Part shown: positions 35,031-50,209 of the stretch, piece after piece
How positions within the stretch are numbered: the first letter of the stretch is position 1
Layout of the letters: every line of letters starts with the position of its first letter
NCBI RefSeq assembly: GCF_044704955.1
Contig: NC_092007.1
Coordinates: 3,720,001 to 3,784,000, forward strand
From: Pristiophorus japonicus
Lineage: Eukaryota
Length of the DNA stretch: 64,000 nt
Direction of reading: 5' to 3'
Translations under genes and position numbers: made by a program
Notes under the pieces: model-generated
What the model was told of the DNA's origin: nothing
The model's database searches: none
Seen by the model: the letters and a program-made list of their open reading frames with translations, nothing else

Positions 35031-36581
35031 GCAAGGATGTTCCCACAAATGATTTGAAAAGCGTTGATTAACTCTGCATTCAGTGCGACAGCCTGCATCC
35101 TGCAAAGAGGTGTTGGTTTACGTAATAGATTCGAGTAAGTTGTGCCGGTTCACTTAAAACAGTTCAAGCAAGCTTGCAATATGGTAATTCCGAGATACAG
35201 GAAACTCCCTGCCAACTATTCGACGAAGTGTGAAGGTTTTGTTGGCTGCCCTTTATTTAAGATTCTGTTATGGGTTGTAACAGGAGCAGCAAAGTTGCTG
35301 GCACAGAATCTCCAAATTTCCGAAGGACCAATTGTGGGAAACATTTACTAGAATCCTTATTATTTTTAATTACATTAACCCGTATCTCAGACTGGAAACA
35401 TTATCAAGTCTCGCAGGATATCTAAACCTAGAGCTTGCGGGGCCCCTACAGGGACATGCACACCTCGTACACACTCGCAGGGACCACGAATTCAGACCCT
35501 GTTTTAGAACCTCTTGATTAGCATTCAGGGTGCTCATCTCTTTAACTGTTTTATTACACTTTTAAAGCCAAGTCTTTGTCTTTTTGTGAGATAATTATGG
35601 TAAAAGTCGGTTTCGACTGACAGGTTGGAAGTCGCCGAATGTAATTTCACACAAAATTGCACAGACCTTAACCTATTCAACACCTCGCTCTGTGCACTCA
35701 GCCAATGGTATTGAGGCTGCAGGCAGTCTTACTGCCAACTGCTACTGTTCACTGAACTATGGCTGCAAGATTTCCCTTGAATCACTTAACGCAGCACCGC
35801 TGAGTTTTACATATTATGGTAGAGATAAGCACACTGAATGCTAATCAAGAGGTTCTAAAACACGGCCTGAATTCGTGGTCCCTGCGAGTGTGTACGAGGT
35901 GTGCATGTCCCTGTAGGGGCCCCGCAAGCTCGAGGTTTAGATATCCGAATTGCATGCGCCTAGACCTGGAATTTGCAATTTGTCAAGAATCCTCTAAATA
36001 GATCACACGCATCCGGAGGTAAGACGTAAGGCCTGCTTTTATCAGCGTGAGGCTTTAAAAGTACAGAAAAATATATATTTGTTAAATAATTTAAACATTT
36101 TAAATAAGACAAGTTTATTTTTTAGAACTTTTAAAATAGGTACATTTATTTTTCCAAAAAAAAAAATAATTTTTTGAGTCCATTTTTATTCATTTCACAT
36201 TTCTGATGGTTTTGAAAAATGTATTTTTAGTGTTTGTTTTTTGGGGGTATTCCCATTCATAGTTATGATGATTCCGTATTTACAGAACTCACCCTAAGTA
36301 TGAATGGGGATTTGCTAATTTGCTCGGTTGGGCGGTCCACATGATCCCAGTGATGCGTACGAAAGTCATACGCTGCTCGGATTGGTGTGCATCTATGCAG
36401 GCCTTCGCATAGAGGGTCAGGACCGCGAATCTCTCAACATCCCGGACCACCAGGTGCTTTCGTAGAGATTTTTGAGGTCGGAGGCGTCGGCCCAAAAATT
36501 TCTGGGCCAGAATAGTGTCCCTACGTTCCCCATTTCAAAAGACACGGGCTTCGATATTGGGATGTCGATCGCGGTTAGTCA

Positions 36582-37483
36582 CTATTTAAACAATTGGACA
36601 ACCCGTGTCAGCGGATATTTCAACACATTTTTCACCTCCTCTCTGAACATACGTTGAGTCGCCGAATAGATGCATGTGTTTGTGCAGCAACTCAGGAGCA
36701 GGAGCATGTACCCGACTTCCTGCAGGATGTAGACAGGGTCGTCGTAACCGGTGTAGGCATAGGTATTTGTGACCCGATAATACACAAAATGCACGGTAAA
36801 CGTCATCCACAAGAGAATGAAACTGCCGGAAATGGTGAAGAGTAAAATGATGGATTTCCTTCGGTTCTCCAACTCCGGGTCCTTGGGATTTTCCCGGTTG
36901 TTTTTGTGACGGAGAGCTTTGCGTGATCTGTTGGCCACGACAATACATCTTACAGTCAGGGCATTGGGCAGCAGGATCAGAAAGAATGGGAGGAATGGGG
37001 TAGCAATACAATTAAAGGAAGAATATATTATCCACAAAGGTGCGGTATAAAAGGTGGATTTCGTGTGGCAATACCAAGGCACCTCGTCAATTACGTATAG
37101 GGGTTCAAATTTGAAATACCAGGGTATGTTTTGCAAACAGCCGAGAATAAACACCATCCGCACCACCGCGGTTGCAAGTTCCTTTGTGCAGTATTTCCTC
37201 TTCAGCTTCTGGCAGCAGATGGCGAGGAACCGATCAAAAGTGAACGCAACCGTCAGCCAGACGGAAATGTCCCTGCTCGCGTAAATGAGGACGATTTTCA
37301 GGCTGCATATCGGGGTGGTCGACATGTAGCTGCCTGGGAAGTAGATGCCGACGATGCGATTTAGAACCACGCCGGTGATAATGACCAGTAGATCTGCCAC
37401 AGCCATGCCCACCAGGTAGCGAGTGATGCATTCGGAGAGGCCGCACTTTCCACGGGACAGGGCCACAATCGCCACCATGTTTG
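36582..37483 (-). CDS. GPR139/GPR142-like GPCR, gene 2, exon 2
   Basis: About 98% identical to gene 1 exon 2; open frame. Confidence 0.92.
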
Positions 37484-40400
37484 CTGAAAATAAACAGGTT
37501 AAAATAAAAGGGAACTGACCCATTTATTCTTGACATAAAATTCACGTCTTTAGCATATATTTGCCTGGATCGACCTTCCCTCTATCATAATGTCAGAAGT
37601 GGGGATGTTTGCTGAAGAGTGCACAGTGTTTAGTTCCATTCGCAACTCCACAGATAATGAAGAATGCAGCAAGACCTGTACGACATTCAGGCTTAGGCTA
37701 ATAAGCGGCAAGTAACATTCGCACCACACAAGTGCCAGTCACAGACTATCTCCAACAAGCGAGAGTCTTACCAATGCCCCTCGACATTCAACAGTATTAC
37801 CATCGCCAAATCCCCCACCATCAATGTCCTTGGGGTCACGATTGGCCAGAAACTTAACTGGACTAGCCAGATAAATACTGTGGTGACAAGAGGAGGTCAG
37901 AGGCTGAGTATTCTGCGACGAGTCTCTGGCCTCCTGACTCCCCAAATCCTTTCCACCATCTACAAGGCACAAGTGAGGAGTGTGATGGGATACTCTCCAC
38001 TTGCCTGGATGAGTGCAGCTCCAGTAACAGTCAAGAAGCTCAAAACCATTCAGGGCAAAACAGCCCTCTTGATTGCCTCCCCATCCACCACTGTAAAGAT
38101 TAACTCCCTCCATCGTGTCTTCAGTCTGTACCATCTACAAGATGCAGTGCAGCAACTCGCCAAGGCTTCTTCGGCAGCATGTCCCAAACCCACGACCTCT
38201 ACCACCTAGAAGGACAAGGGCAGCAGGTGAATGCAAACACCACAACCTCCCCATTCCCCTCCGAGTCACACACCATCCTGATTTCGAAATATATCACCGT
38301 TGCAACATTCAAAGTCCCGGAACTCCCCCACTAACAGCACTGTGGGAGCACCTTCACCACATGGACTGCAGGAGTTCAAGAACACGGCTCACCACCACCT
38401 TCTCAAGGGCAATTAGGGATGGGCAATAAAAACTGGCCTAGCCAGCGATGCCCACATCCCAGGAACAAACAAAAAAAATCTATGACAATCTAGTTGACCT
38501 TGCCAGAATTTTTTTAAATTTCAAAATATGCTTTATTCATATAAAAATTTGAACAGTGCATTCAAAAGCAGTTCAGTACATTTAGCTGCGGTCAGCAATC
38601 CCATACACTACATTTGGGTGCTGACGGCAGTTCCGTTCGATACAGTTCCTTGCTTTTCATTTCAAGTACAATTCGGCACAATACGGGATACATTGTAGTA
38701 CATTCAACAAATAGTTGACCTTGCCCAGAACACTACAACCCATAGGACACGTCCTGCGATGAAATCTCCGTATAGTTCCAAAGACTTTCCCCCACTGCGG
38801 GTGCTCCTCACCACATGTCTGACTCTGTGGCTGTCTGACTGACAGAGCTTCATTGCTATGATTAATTGAGAACTCCGTTATTGTCATATCATGGGTCTAC
38901 CAAAAGTGAAGAAGACAAAACAATTGGACCTTTGTCTTTTTTTTCTCAGGTTCCTACAACAGAAATCTACATGAACCATTCAACTCTGTTCTTACACAGA
39001 ACTTCCCTGAAGTTAATTCCTCCCCTCTGCCCTTTCCCTGGCCTGCACTTGCTTATAATCTGTTACATTTCTAACTTTTTCCAGTTCTGACGGAAGGTCA
39101 TCGACCAAAAACGTCAGCACTCTGTTTCTCTCTCCACAGACGCTATCTGACTTGCTGAGTACTTCTCGAAATTTATGTTTTTATTCCAGATTTCCCGCAT
39201 ACACAGTATTTTGTTTTTCAAAAGTGTTCTGACAGTTTCAGTTGCTGAAAGCTTGCAACGAATCAAATACTTTCAAAAATCGACAGTGGTTCAGAATAAC
39301 ATGAAACGTATACAAATCTGCAGATTGGTAATGAATATAATCATTTGCAGTGTGTTTGGAGGCATTTATATTGCCAGCGCTGGCTGTCGCTATTGTTTCC
39401 AGCTTAATATAGAGAAGCAGGTGAAAGTAATAGGCAATTATGTGTCAAATAACGCACTACACCATTATATAATCCAATAATGGCTCGGAATTTGCGGTCA
39501 GCAGTAAAGGGCCACGCACGCCATTGACCGGAAAAAAAAGTATCCCTCAAAGTTTTAGCGGGCTCTATAGCGCACAGTTCCTCTATTATGATATCAGTTT
39601 GAATTTGTTGCCTTTTTCAGGGCGCCGGTTAATCCAGTAACAGGACAGGCAGCTCACATGCTGATTCGCCAATCCGATTGTAGAATTCTCAGGAATTAAA
39701 AAGTTAAAAAAAACCCTACATTTAAATCATTGTGCAGAAAGTGATATGAAGATTGAGACTATTCATGGGATTAAGGGAGAAACTTATATATCAAACTTAA
39801 AAAAAATGCAATTTTAAAAAAATCTGCAATATTTTAAATTTTATTCTGAAGGAATGAGAATCCACATTTATAAAATTAGTGTTGTTACTGCCAGTGAAGT
39901 TTTTCAGCAGTAATTATTAGCACACCATTAAAGGCTCAGTTACTCCTGAATGAACAAGGCATAACCTATTCATAGGTCTACACAGCGAGAATAATGGCCA
40001 ATTAGTTGATATTCACATCACATTAATTAATTCTATGTTGATTCCATTTGTGAAAACTGCAATACCGCACCCCTGTGGAGGAGCAGCGTATCTCTGACAG
40101 TAACTTTGAGGATTTACGAGTTTAGCTGCGTATCTGCTGAAGATCGGTGCTGCTGTCAGTTTTACACAGTGTTAACGGTGAGCAAATTCGTGGCCACTTT
40201 TTGAATGGTTTTGCAGAATCAATCACGTTTCGGAAAGCGGGAGAAGATGAAAAGTGGACAATGGGAAGAAAGACATGGATTTATATAGCGCCATTCACGA
40301 CCACCAGATATATACAAACACTTTAAAGCCAATTAAATACTTTTGAATTGTAGTCACCGTTGTAAAGTGGGAAACGTGGCAGCCAATTTATGCATAGAAA

Positions 40401-41325
40401 GCTCCCATCAATGTGATAATGACTGTTTTTGGTATATTGATTGAGGGATAAGTATTGACCCAGGACACCAGAGATAACTCCATTACTCTTCTTCAAAATA
40501 GTGCTATGGGATCTATTATGGCCACCTGATAAAGCACACAGGAGCTCGGTTTTAAGTCTCATCCGAAAGACGGCACATCTGGCAGTGCAGCAGTCCCTCA
40601 GTACTGTCTCTCCGACATTACAGTGCTCTCTCAGTGCTGACCCTCCGAAGTGCAGCACTCCCTCAGTACTGCCCCTCCGACAGTGCAGCGCTCCCTCAGT
40701 ACTGCCCCTCCAACAGTGCAGTGCTTCCTCAGTGCTGCCCCTTTGACAGTGTGGCACTCCCTCAGTACTGCCCCTCTGACAGTGTGGTGCTCCCTCAGTA
40801 CAGTCCCTCCGACAGTGCGGCGCTCACTCAGCACTGCCACTCCTACTTGAACCCACAACCTACTGATTCAGAGGGTAGTGTTTTACCCACAGAGCCACAG
40901 CTGAGTTGCTTGGAGCTGAATGCCTTGCGTGCATTCGATACAATTTCACATATGCTTCTGAGAGACAACTCACAGCTATGTCTTCCACTCTGTCCAACTC
41001 GCTACACCTCGTGGAAGCTTCAAACAAAGCAACAGTGAATACAGTTTTGTGAGCATTCCCACTGCTTGGTGCCGAGCCTTGTTTCATGGTTTAGAATAAT
41101 TAGGATTATTGCTTACATTGGAAATAAAAAATAAGTTTCTAAAATCTAAACATGTTAACTAAGTTAAATAAATTCAGCATGATTTGTGCACTGGACTGCA
41201 CTATTGAATCATGAACTATCTCAGAAGCAAGGCTAGGCAGTGGCTCAAACACCAGATATGCAGTAAGTGCAATCAATCATTTAATCATTGTTTTGCATAA
41301 TTAATATGAGACTGCAATGACTTAC

Positions 41326-41395
41326 CAGGAATACCGACAGCAGCGAGAACGGGGTAGTAAATAGCATACAGCAGACCACTTACAGGTTCATGCAT
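41326..41395 (-). CDS. GPCR gene 2, exon 1
   Basis: MHEPVSGLLYAIYYPVLAAVGIP + G|gtaagt. Confidence 0.9.
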
Positions 41396-44300
41396 CTTCT
41401 GTCAGAAGTGCTGATACCTGATGCTCGTGGAAACGATCATTCTGAGAAACCAAGTGCCTCTGCTATATACATCAGCAACCACCCCACGGGACAATTGGGC
41501 ATTAATTAACATCATTACTGTAACATCATTGCTACATAGTGACATTATTTACTTCATTGCTGTTATCTTGCTGACATTCATCTTGGCAAATCCCACCCTT
41601 GATTCAATACTATTTCCTTGGGTTGTCAGATATGCTACTAGCTTCCTCTACTGTAAACACTGAAGGAAAGTAATTATTAACATGTCCACCATTTCCTTAT
41701 TTTCAGTTACATTAACACCACTATCAGTTTTCAAGGGGCACACTATACTCCTGATTACCCTCTTCTTTCTAATATAATTGTTTAAAAATTATGTTGATTT
41801 TGATAAAAATTTAAAGTAACTTTTCATACTCTCTTTTTGTAGCTCGTACTATCTGTGTTTACACAAGATTACGTTGGATTATTACAGTGAGAATAAGGGG
41901 TTGACAGTTGCATGCTTCTGTTTTGTTACTTGTTATACCTGGTTAGAATGCAGTCAGGCTCCATGCCCCATTGCTAAAACACATCCAGGCATAATTATCT
42001 TATTTTGAAGTTGTTTCACTGTTACAAGGTGGCTTATGTCATGTTTTATGTGCAGGCAATCATAGCCAAATTCTCAGTCTGCTCATTTGTATGTAGGCTT
42101 CTCTGGGAGAGCACTGATACATGCATATATGTGTAAATAAAGAGCTAGTTTGAGTAATACGATCGCTTGCAAGATAAGCAGCACTATATGTTATGGTTTT
42201 GGAAAATAACTGATTTGGTCTGATTCTCAAAACTTACCAACCAATCCCTCCCTTCCATTTAGTGAATAATAAGTCAGCATGATGAATCCTATCTTGCAAA
42301 ATGTGCATGCAAATGATAGACAGAACTCAGTAACATTTTAGCCTTGACACTAACATCAACAGATTTCTGGTAGCAAATCCCACTATGCTATGTTCAATTA
42401 CTTTGTCATAACATCTTCCTGATATGCCTCATGGATAACATTTTCCTTAAGTTGTTCTGTAGAAATAACTTTTGGGTACAGTTTATGGAGAGTCATAGCC
42501 ATATCCTGTTCACTTTTCCTTTAAATTATTACAGATCTCTTGGGCCTTATTATAAACATCTTGTGTATCTTCAAGTTCCATTATGGAGAAACTTCTCCCT
42601 ATATTGTCTTTTCCAGAGCTTCCAGTCCTTCTGGCAGTTTAATACTGGGTCAAATAATGAATTAGTTTCCAGGTTTTAAACTTGAGGATTGCCTGTATGT
42701 TAATAACCTGGTAACCCAGAGCAAACATAGATTCAAAAAGGGAAGAATCTACCGAACAACCTCCTTTGATTTTTTTTAATAAGTAGCATTCCAAGTGGAT
42801 AGTGGAAAGCTCTGTAACATGGTGCACCTAGGATTCCAAAAAGCATTTGATAAAGGTGCACTTGAATCATTGCTAGTTAAAGTCAAAGCAGTGAGGATTG
42901 AGAATACAATTTGGGAATAGATTTTAAAACATTGGTTGAAAGGTAGAAAGTACTGGGTATTTGCTAAAGGAGTTATAGGGGGGGGGGTAGAATTTGTTAG
43001 AATTCCCAAACTTCTAGAATGTGACAATATGAGCTTTTGATAATTGTGTTAATCATAATCAAAAATTTGCAGGTCTCCAGTCATCTTGGTTAATCCTTGG
43101 TTAATCTGAACCAAGATCTAGCTCTGTCAAGCCCGTGTGGCGGCTGGTGTGCAACAGCCACCACACATTAAAAAGATCCACACAAAGGCATCTTCCACCC
43201 TTCAGGATGTAGTTCAGGACCTGGAATTTTAGGTCCTTCATTGGAACACCATGAACTTATCCTTTTTTTGTGTGTAAGTCATCCTCGTTTCGAGGGACTG
43301 CCTGTGATGACATTGGATATACAGTTCAGAGACAGGCCATTTATCCCAACCAGTCCATGCTGCATTTATGCTCCACTCGAGCCTTCTCCCGTCTTTCCTC
43401 ATCTAAATCTATCCACATAACCCTCTAGTTCCTTCTCCCTCATATGCTTGTATAGCCTCCCCTTAAATGCATCGAAAGTATTCACCTCAACCACTTCCAG
43501 TCGTAGCGAGTTCCACATTCTCACCACTCTCTGGGTGAAGAATTTTCTCCAGAATTCCCTATTGGATTTCTTGAAAACTTTTCGTCTTTGTATCTCTCCC
43601 AGTTACCAGCATCTGTGCTATTTTGTGCTTCTTTGTATGCTTGATCTTTTAGTTTCCTGTTGTCACTTACTTCTATTTGCCACCCATGGCTGCATTTGGC
43701 AAGCAGAGCTTTTGCTCCTTAGTGGCATAAACCGGTCCTGCATCATTTTAAATTCCTTTTTGAAGTGCTGCCACCAATCTTCTGTCGATTCACCCATTAT
43801 CAAAGTTTGGCTAGTCATATACAATCAGTGGGAGTGAAAGTTCGTATTACCTGAATACCTCACTGTTTGTTTTGCACCGTCTGTGAGAATAGCACACGGG
43901 CTGCGTTAAAAGTTCAAATGGTACGATGCGTAAGAGTCATTCAGCCATATATGGATGTGTGTACTTGATAACTCTGTGTCGGTTTCATTACAGCAATAAA
44001 ACATAGGAACATTAGAACATAAGAAATAGGAGCAGGAGTCGGCCATATGGCCACTCCAGCCTGCTCCACCATTTAATACAATCTTGGCTGATCCAATCAT
44101 GGACTCAGGTCCACTTTCCTGCCCGCTTCCCATAACTCCTTATTCCCTTATCGGTTAAGAAACTGTCTATCTCTGTCTTAAATTTATTCAATTTCCCAGC
44201 TTCCACAGTTCTCTGAGACAGCGAATTCCACAGATTTACAACCCTCTGAGAGAAGAAATTCCACCTCATCTCAGTTTTTAATGGCGGCCCCTTATTCTAA

Positions 44301-47300
44301 GATTATGCCCCCTAGTTCTAGTCTCCTACATCAGTGGAAACATTTTCTCTGTATCCATCTTGGTGAGCACCCTCAACGGTTTGTTGAACGATAAGAGGAT
44401 AAGGGCTTATGGGCAGCGGGCGGGGAAGTGGAGCTGAGTCCATGATCGGATCAGCCATGATCTTAATGAATGGTGGAGCAGGATCCAGGGGCCGTATGGC
44501 CTACTCCTGTTCCTATTTCTTATGTTCTTGTGTTCCTATAATCATACCTTTCGATAAGATCACCTCTCAATCTTCTGAATTCCAATGAGTAGAGGCCCAA
44601 ACTATTCAACCATTCCTCATAAGTCAACCCCCTCATCTCCGAATCAACCAAGTGAACCTACTCTGAACTGCCTACAAAGCAAGTATATCCTTTCGTAAAT
44701 ATGGAAACCAAAACTGTACGCAGTATTCCAGATGTGGCCTCACCAATACCCTATATAACTGCAGCAAGACTTCCCTGCTTTTATTCTCCATCCCCTTTGC
44801 AATAAAGGCCAAGATACCATTGGCCTTCCTGATCACTTGCTGTACCTGCATATTAACCTTTTGTTTTTGATGCATAAATACCTCCAGGTCCCGCTGTGCT
44901 GCAGCACTTTGCAATCTTTCTCCATTTAAATAATAACTTGGTCTTTGATTTTTTTTCTTTCAAAGTGCATGATCTCACACTTTCCAACATTGTACTCCAT
45001 CTGCCAATTTTGTGCCCACACATTTAGCCTGTCTATGTCCTTTTGCAGATATTTTAGTGTCCTCCTCACACATTGCTTTTCCCTCCATCTTTGTATCATC
45101 AGCAAACCTGGCTACCTTACACTCTCCCTTCTTTCTAGTCATTAATATAGATTGTAAATAGTTGGGATCCCAGCACTGATCCCTGTGGCACTCCACTAGT
45201 TACTGATTGCCAACCCAAGAGAGAACCATTTATCCCAAATTCTCTGTTCGTTAGCCAATCCTCCATCCATGCTAATATATTACCCCCAACCCCGTGAACT
45301 TTTATCTTGTGCAGTAACCATTTATGTGGCACCTTGTCAAATACCTTCTGGAAGTACAAATGCACCACATCCACTGGTTCCCCTTTATCCACCCTCTTCA
45401 TTACATCCTCAAATAATTCCCACACATTTTTCAAAGATGACTTCCCCTTCATAAATCCATGCTGACTGCCTGACCAAATTATGTTTTTCCAAATGTCATG
45501 CTGCTACTTCTTTAATAATGGAGTCCAACATTTTCGCAAATGCAGATATTCGGCTACCTGATCTATAGTTTCCTGCTTTTTGTCTGTCTCCTTTTTTAAA
45601 TAGGGATATTTAATTTGCAATTATCCAATCTGCTGGGACCTCCCCCGAATCCAGGGAATTTTGGTAAATTACAACCAGTGCATCCACTATCCCTGTCGAT
45701 ACTTCTGTTAAGATCCTAGGATGCAAGCCATCAGGTCCAGTGGATTTATCTGCCTTTAGTCCCATTATCTTACTGAGTACTACCTTCGTAGTGATTGTGA
45801 TTGTGTTAAGTTCCTCCCCTCCCCTTGCCCCCATAGTCTCTTGTTGACTATCCACTGTTTCAGGAGAGTTGGGTACCTGGTTGTTTAGTTTTTTTGATAT
45901 TCAGTGGCATTTGCATGCATCCTTTGATGTACCATGATTTATTGTTAATACGCATGAAATGTACTGATCAAAGGGACAACCTAGTATGTGGAATGTAATG
46001 CATCGGATCGTTTGTTTCTGAAAAGAAGCTAGCATAAACTGGAATCATGTCTCAGCAGTTAGCATACACTGGTCTTTTGAACTGTGTGCCCCAGTAGATC
46101 TCAAACTGGTTTTGTGCAGTATGAAGTTTCAATAAAGACCTGATCCTGCATTACTACAACTGGGTGCCTGTATAACCTGATGTTTAAAGCAACTAAATGG
46201 AAAAGATCAAGAAAAAAGGAAAGTCCCACAGAATTCAGTAATCCTGACCTGTGACTCCTCCTGATGTTATCGACACGGGTGGATATTGACTCACAAGATG
46301 AGTCACCAACACTTTGTTGCTGAATGCTGATCGGGTTTAATGCATATCGAATGCTACTTAGCATCAATGGTAACAAAAAAACAACAACTTGCATTTAGAT
46401 AGCACCGTTAACATAGTGAACCTTTCCAAGGCATGTCACAGGAGTATTATAAGATAACATTTTGACACTGAGCCACGTAAGGAGAAATCAAGGCAGATGA
46501 CCAAAAGCTTGGTTGAAGAGGTAGGTTTTAAAGGGCCTCTTAAAGGAGCGAGAGGTAGAAAGATGGAAAGGTTTTAGGCATGGGTTCCAGAACTTAGGAC
46601 CTAGGCAGCAGAAGGCACAGCCACTAATGGTTGAGCATTTATAATCAGGGATATTTAAGAGGCCATAATTAGAGGAGCACGGTTATCTCATGGGTTTCTG
46701 TGGCTGGAGGAGATTACAAAGATAGGGCGGGGCGAGGAGGACATGGAGGGATTTGAAAACAAGTATGATAAATTTGGAATCGAAACATTGCTTAACCGGC
46801 AGCCAATATAGGTCAGCGAGCACAGAGGGTGATGGGTGAATGGGACTTGGTGCCAGTTTGACACGGGAAGCCGAGTATTGAATGACATCAAGTTTACATA
46901 GGGTAGAATGTGGGGGGACGGCCAAGTGTGCATTAGAATAGTCAAGTCCAGAGGTAACAAGGATGCGGGTTTCAGCAGCGTATGAACTGAGGCAGGGGCG
47001 GAAACGAGCAATGTTATGGAGGTGGAACTAGGCGATCTTAGTGATCGCATGGAGATGTGGTCAGTAGCTCATTGCAGGGCACAAAGATGACAAACCATTG
47101 TTGGTAAAGTTAAGAAGAGGATGAAGGAGCAGGAGGATAATTATTCAATCGTGGGATTTTGTTTCACATAGATCTGTTTTTGTGAAACTGGCTTAATTTC
47201 ATTGCAATGGGTCCAGCTGTAAGAGAACCAGCTGCTTCGTATTTAATGGTGCTTTACACCAAATTTCTAGGCTAATAGCTTCAGTCCTCTCCATATTCAC

Positions 47301-50209
47301 ATTGGTCCTCCTTAAATTACATGGTATTTCAGCTACATTTTATAACACGTGAACTTCTCCCCATCAAGGAACTACCCCAGCTCACTGTTGAAGGTAAGCA
47401 AAGAGTCGAGAGTCACTGTACGAACCTGTAACTTCTTCCGTAGATCTACTATCCTCTGATAAATGAAGAACCATTGAACATCTGAGCTAGCCATAACATT
47501 GTACAACCTATATACAAGTCCCCTGGCCCCCTTGAATCTATCAAATTGAACTAATGAAAACAGTATATTCCCTCAACTCGAATTGAAAAGTAGGGAAGTT
47601 ATGCTAAACATGTATGAACCTTGGTTCGACCACACTTGAGGTGCTGCATACACTTGTGGTCGCCATAATATAAAAAGGAGATAGAGGCACTGCAGAGGAT
47701 GCGGAGAATATTTATAAGGAAAATACCAGAAATGCGAGTATACATATCAGGAATGGATGACCTGGCTGGACCTCTTTTCTCTTGAAAAACAAATGCTTGG
47801 GATGACCTAATAGAGGTCTTTAAAATTAAGAAAGGTTATGATAGATTAGATACAGTGAAAATGTTTTCGCTTGTGGGGAAGAGCATAACTAGAGGCCATC
47901 AATATAAGATAGTCGGCAAGAAATCCAATCGGGAATTCAGAAGAAACTTCTTTACCTGGAGAGTGGTGAGAATATTCAACTCATTACCACAGAGAGTGAT
48001 TGAAGCAAATAGTATAGGCATTTAAGCGGTGGCTAAATGAGCCATATGAGGGAAAAGGGAATAGAGGGTTATGCAGATAGATTTAAATGAGAAAATAGGG
48101 GAGGAGGCTCAAGTGGACCGTAAACGTTGGCATGCACTTGTTGGGCCGAATTCAGTTCGTATATCCTACGTAAACTATTGAATATATTTCTATCAAATCA
48201 CCCAAAGGCTGTGCACCAGTAAAATGATTAAAGCAGCCTGTTAACACTATCCAAGTAAGTAAGGCTGTTTAAGTTGGGGTTTAATTTCTCTGCGCCTTTG
48301 CCAAACCCTATATATGGCCCACCATATGAGCAGATCTAAACTGAACACATGATTCTAACCTCTCACCATTAGTCTCGTAACGTCTTTAGAAAATTCGAAC
48401 AAATTAGTAAGATACTACCTTCTTTCCCAGAAGCCATATTGTACGGCTCTGATAATGTCTTCTCTGTCCAGGTGATCACAAAGAGCATCTATTATCATCC
48501 ATTCCAGTATCATGCCGACAACTGATGTCAAACTAATGGGCCTGCAATTTCTTGGATATGACTTTTTAAATCTGGCACTAAACTTGCACCATTCCAGTTT
48601 CAGGGAAGAGTCCCAAACACCAGTGAGTGGTTAAATATTGGGGAGATGGGGGGGGGGATGGAATTGAGGTGGGATTTCCTAAATTCAGTGTGACGCCCCT
48701 GAGCTCAGGTAGGGTGCAGAATATTGCGCTCCACTTTCCCCGTGGCGCATGGGCGGAGCGGAAATGTTCAGTGTGTGGCGCGGCACCTCGCGATGGGACA
48801 CGTAGCACCGCCCCATACACAAGGGCCCTTCTCTTCATTAAAGCCAAGCTGCTGGCTCTGTTGGGGGGAGAAACGAGTCCCTGCCTAGACCACCAGGGAG
48901 TGGTGTGCTGTGGTATCAGCCCGGAACTCAAGCAGAGCGCCAGGCTGGAATATCGCGGCACGGACCCCACGATTCAACAGCGAGCCGTAAATCAGAGATT
49001 TTTAAATTCTGAAATTGCCACCTCTCTTTAAATGTCGTCCCATGACTACAGGCAGCCCGCAGAGCTTCAGGGGCACTACCAAATGTTCGCTCTGGGACGA
49101 AAACGGGCCGCTGTGCACGGTGATGATGTCGTTATGGCTGGCGCAGCGGAGCGGGGCAGAACTGGCTACTGCGGTTGTTAAACTCACCCACAATTTTGCA
49201 ATAGTTGTTAGTGGTGCCGCATCCAGTCAAAGACATTTGCACCTGATTATCGCCCCTGGGGGCACTAACGGGCGGAACGAATGCCCCGAATTTCTCCCTG
49301 GTTCTTGCAAATCACGTGCCTTAGCTCTTTAAACATTCCTGGACCAGCAGCCCAATGCATTTCATTATTCTATCTAAAATGACACCCTCAATCATTTTCG
49401 TACTTAAGATTTTCTCCTATACATGGCAACCGAGAAGTGGCAGATGACCATTCTTTACTGAAGTGAAAATTGATAGGAAGTAAGCATTTAACACCAATGG
49501 ACTTTGGCAGTCCTTCTAAATCTGCCAAAAGGCATCTTTCAATGTGCCAGTACAGTCTTTAATGGACCCCTTGACATCTAACATGGCTGCAACAATTATG
49601 CAAAGGAATGTGTTGCATTCATATTATTTTATTTATTTGTTCATGGGATGTGGGCATTGCTGGCAAGGCTGGTGTTTATTGTCCGTCCCTAATTGCCCTT
49701 GAGAAATAGGTGGTGAGCTGACTTCTTGAACCATTGTTGCCTTTTGCAATATTTTGTTACAACTGAGTGGCTTGCTAGACCATTTAAGAGGGCAGTTAAG
49801 AGTCTACCACATTGCTGTGGGTCTAGAGTCACATATTATCCAAACCGGCTAAGGACAGCAGATTTCGTTCCCCAAAGGACATGAGTGAACCAGATGCGGT
49901 TTTACGACAAACTGGTAGATTCATGGCCACCATTACTTATGTTAGCTTTTAATTCCAGGTTTATTGTATTCACTGAATTTAAATTCCCCAGCTGCCTTTT
50001 TGGGATTTGAGCTCGCACCTCCAGCTCATTACTCCAGGCCTCTGGATGACGTATCCAGTAACATAAAGACTATGCTACTGTTCCAATGATATAGCACCCT
50101 ATCACCTCCAGGAAGTTCCCGAAACGCATCTGAAGTGGAGTGACTTTTGTTACTTATGCAACAGGTGGCAGGGCAAGATATCTGAACAGAAAATCAAATG
50201 CATCGTCAG

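Larger units (their letters stand above)
35655..48240. repeat. Tandem segmental duplication, copy B
   Basis: Matches 21760-32829, with an extra ~1.4 kb (about 38586-39980). Confidence 0.95.
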
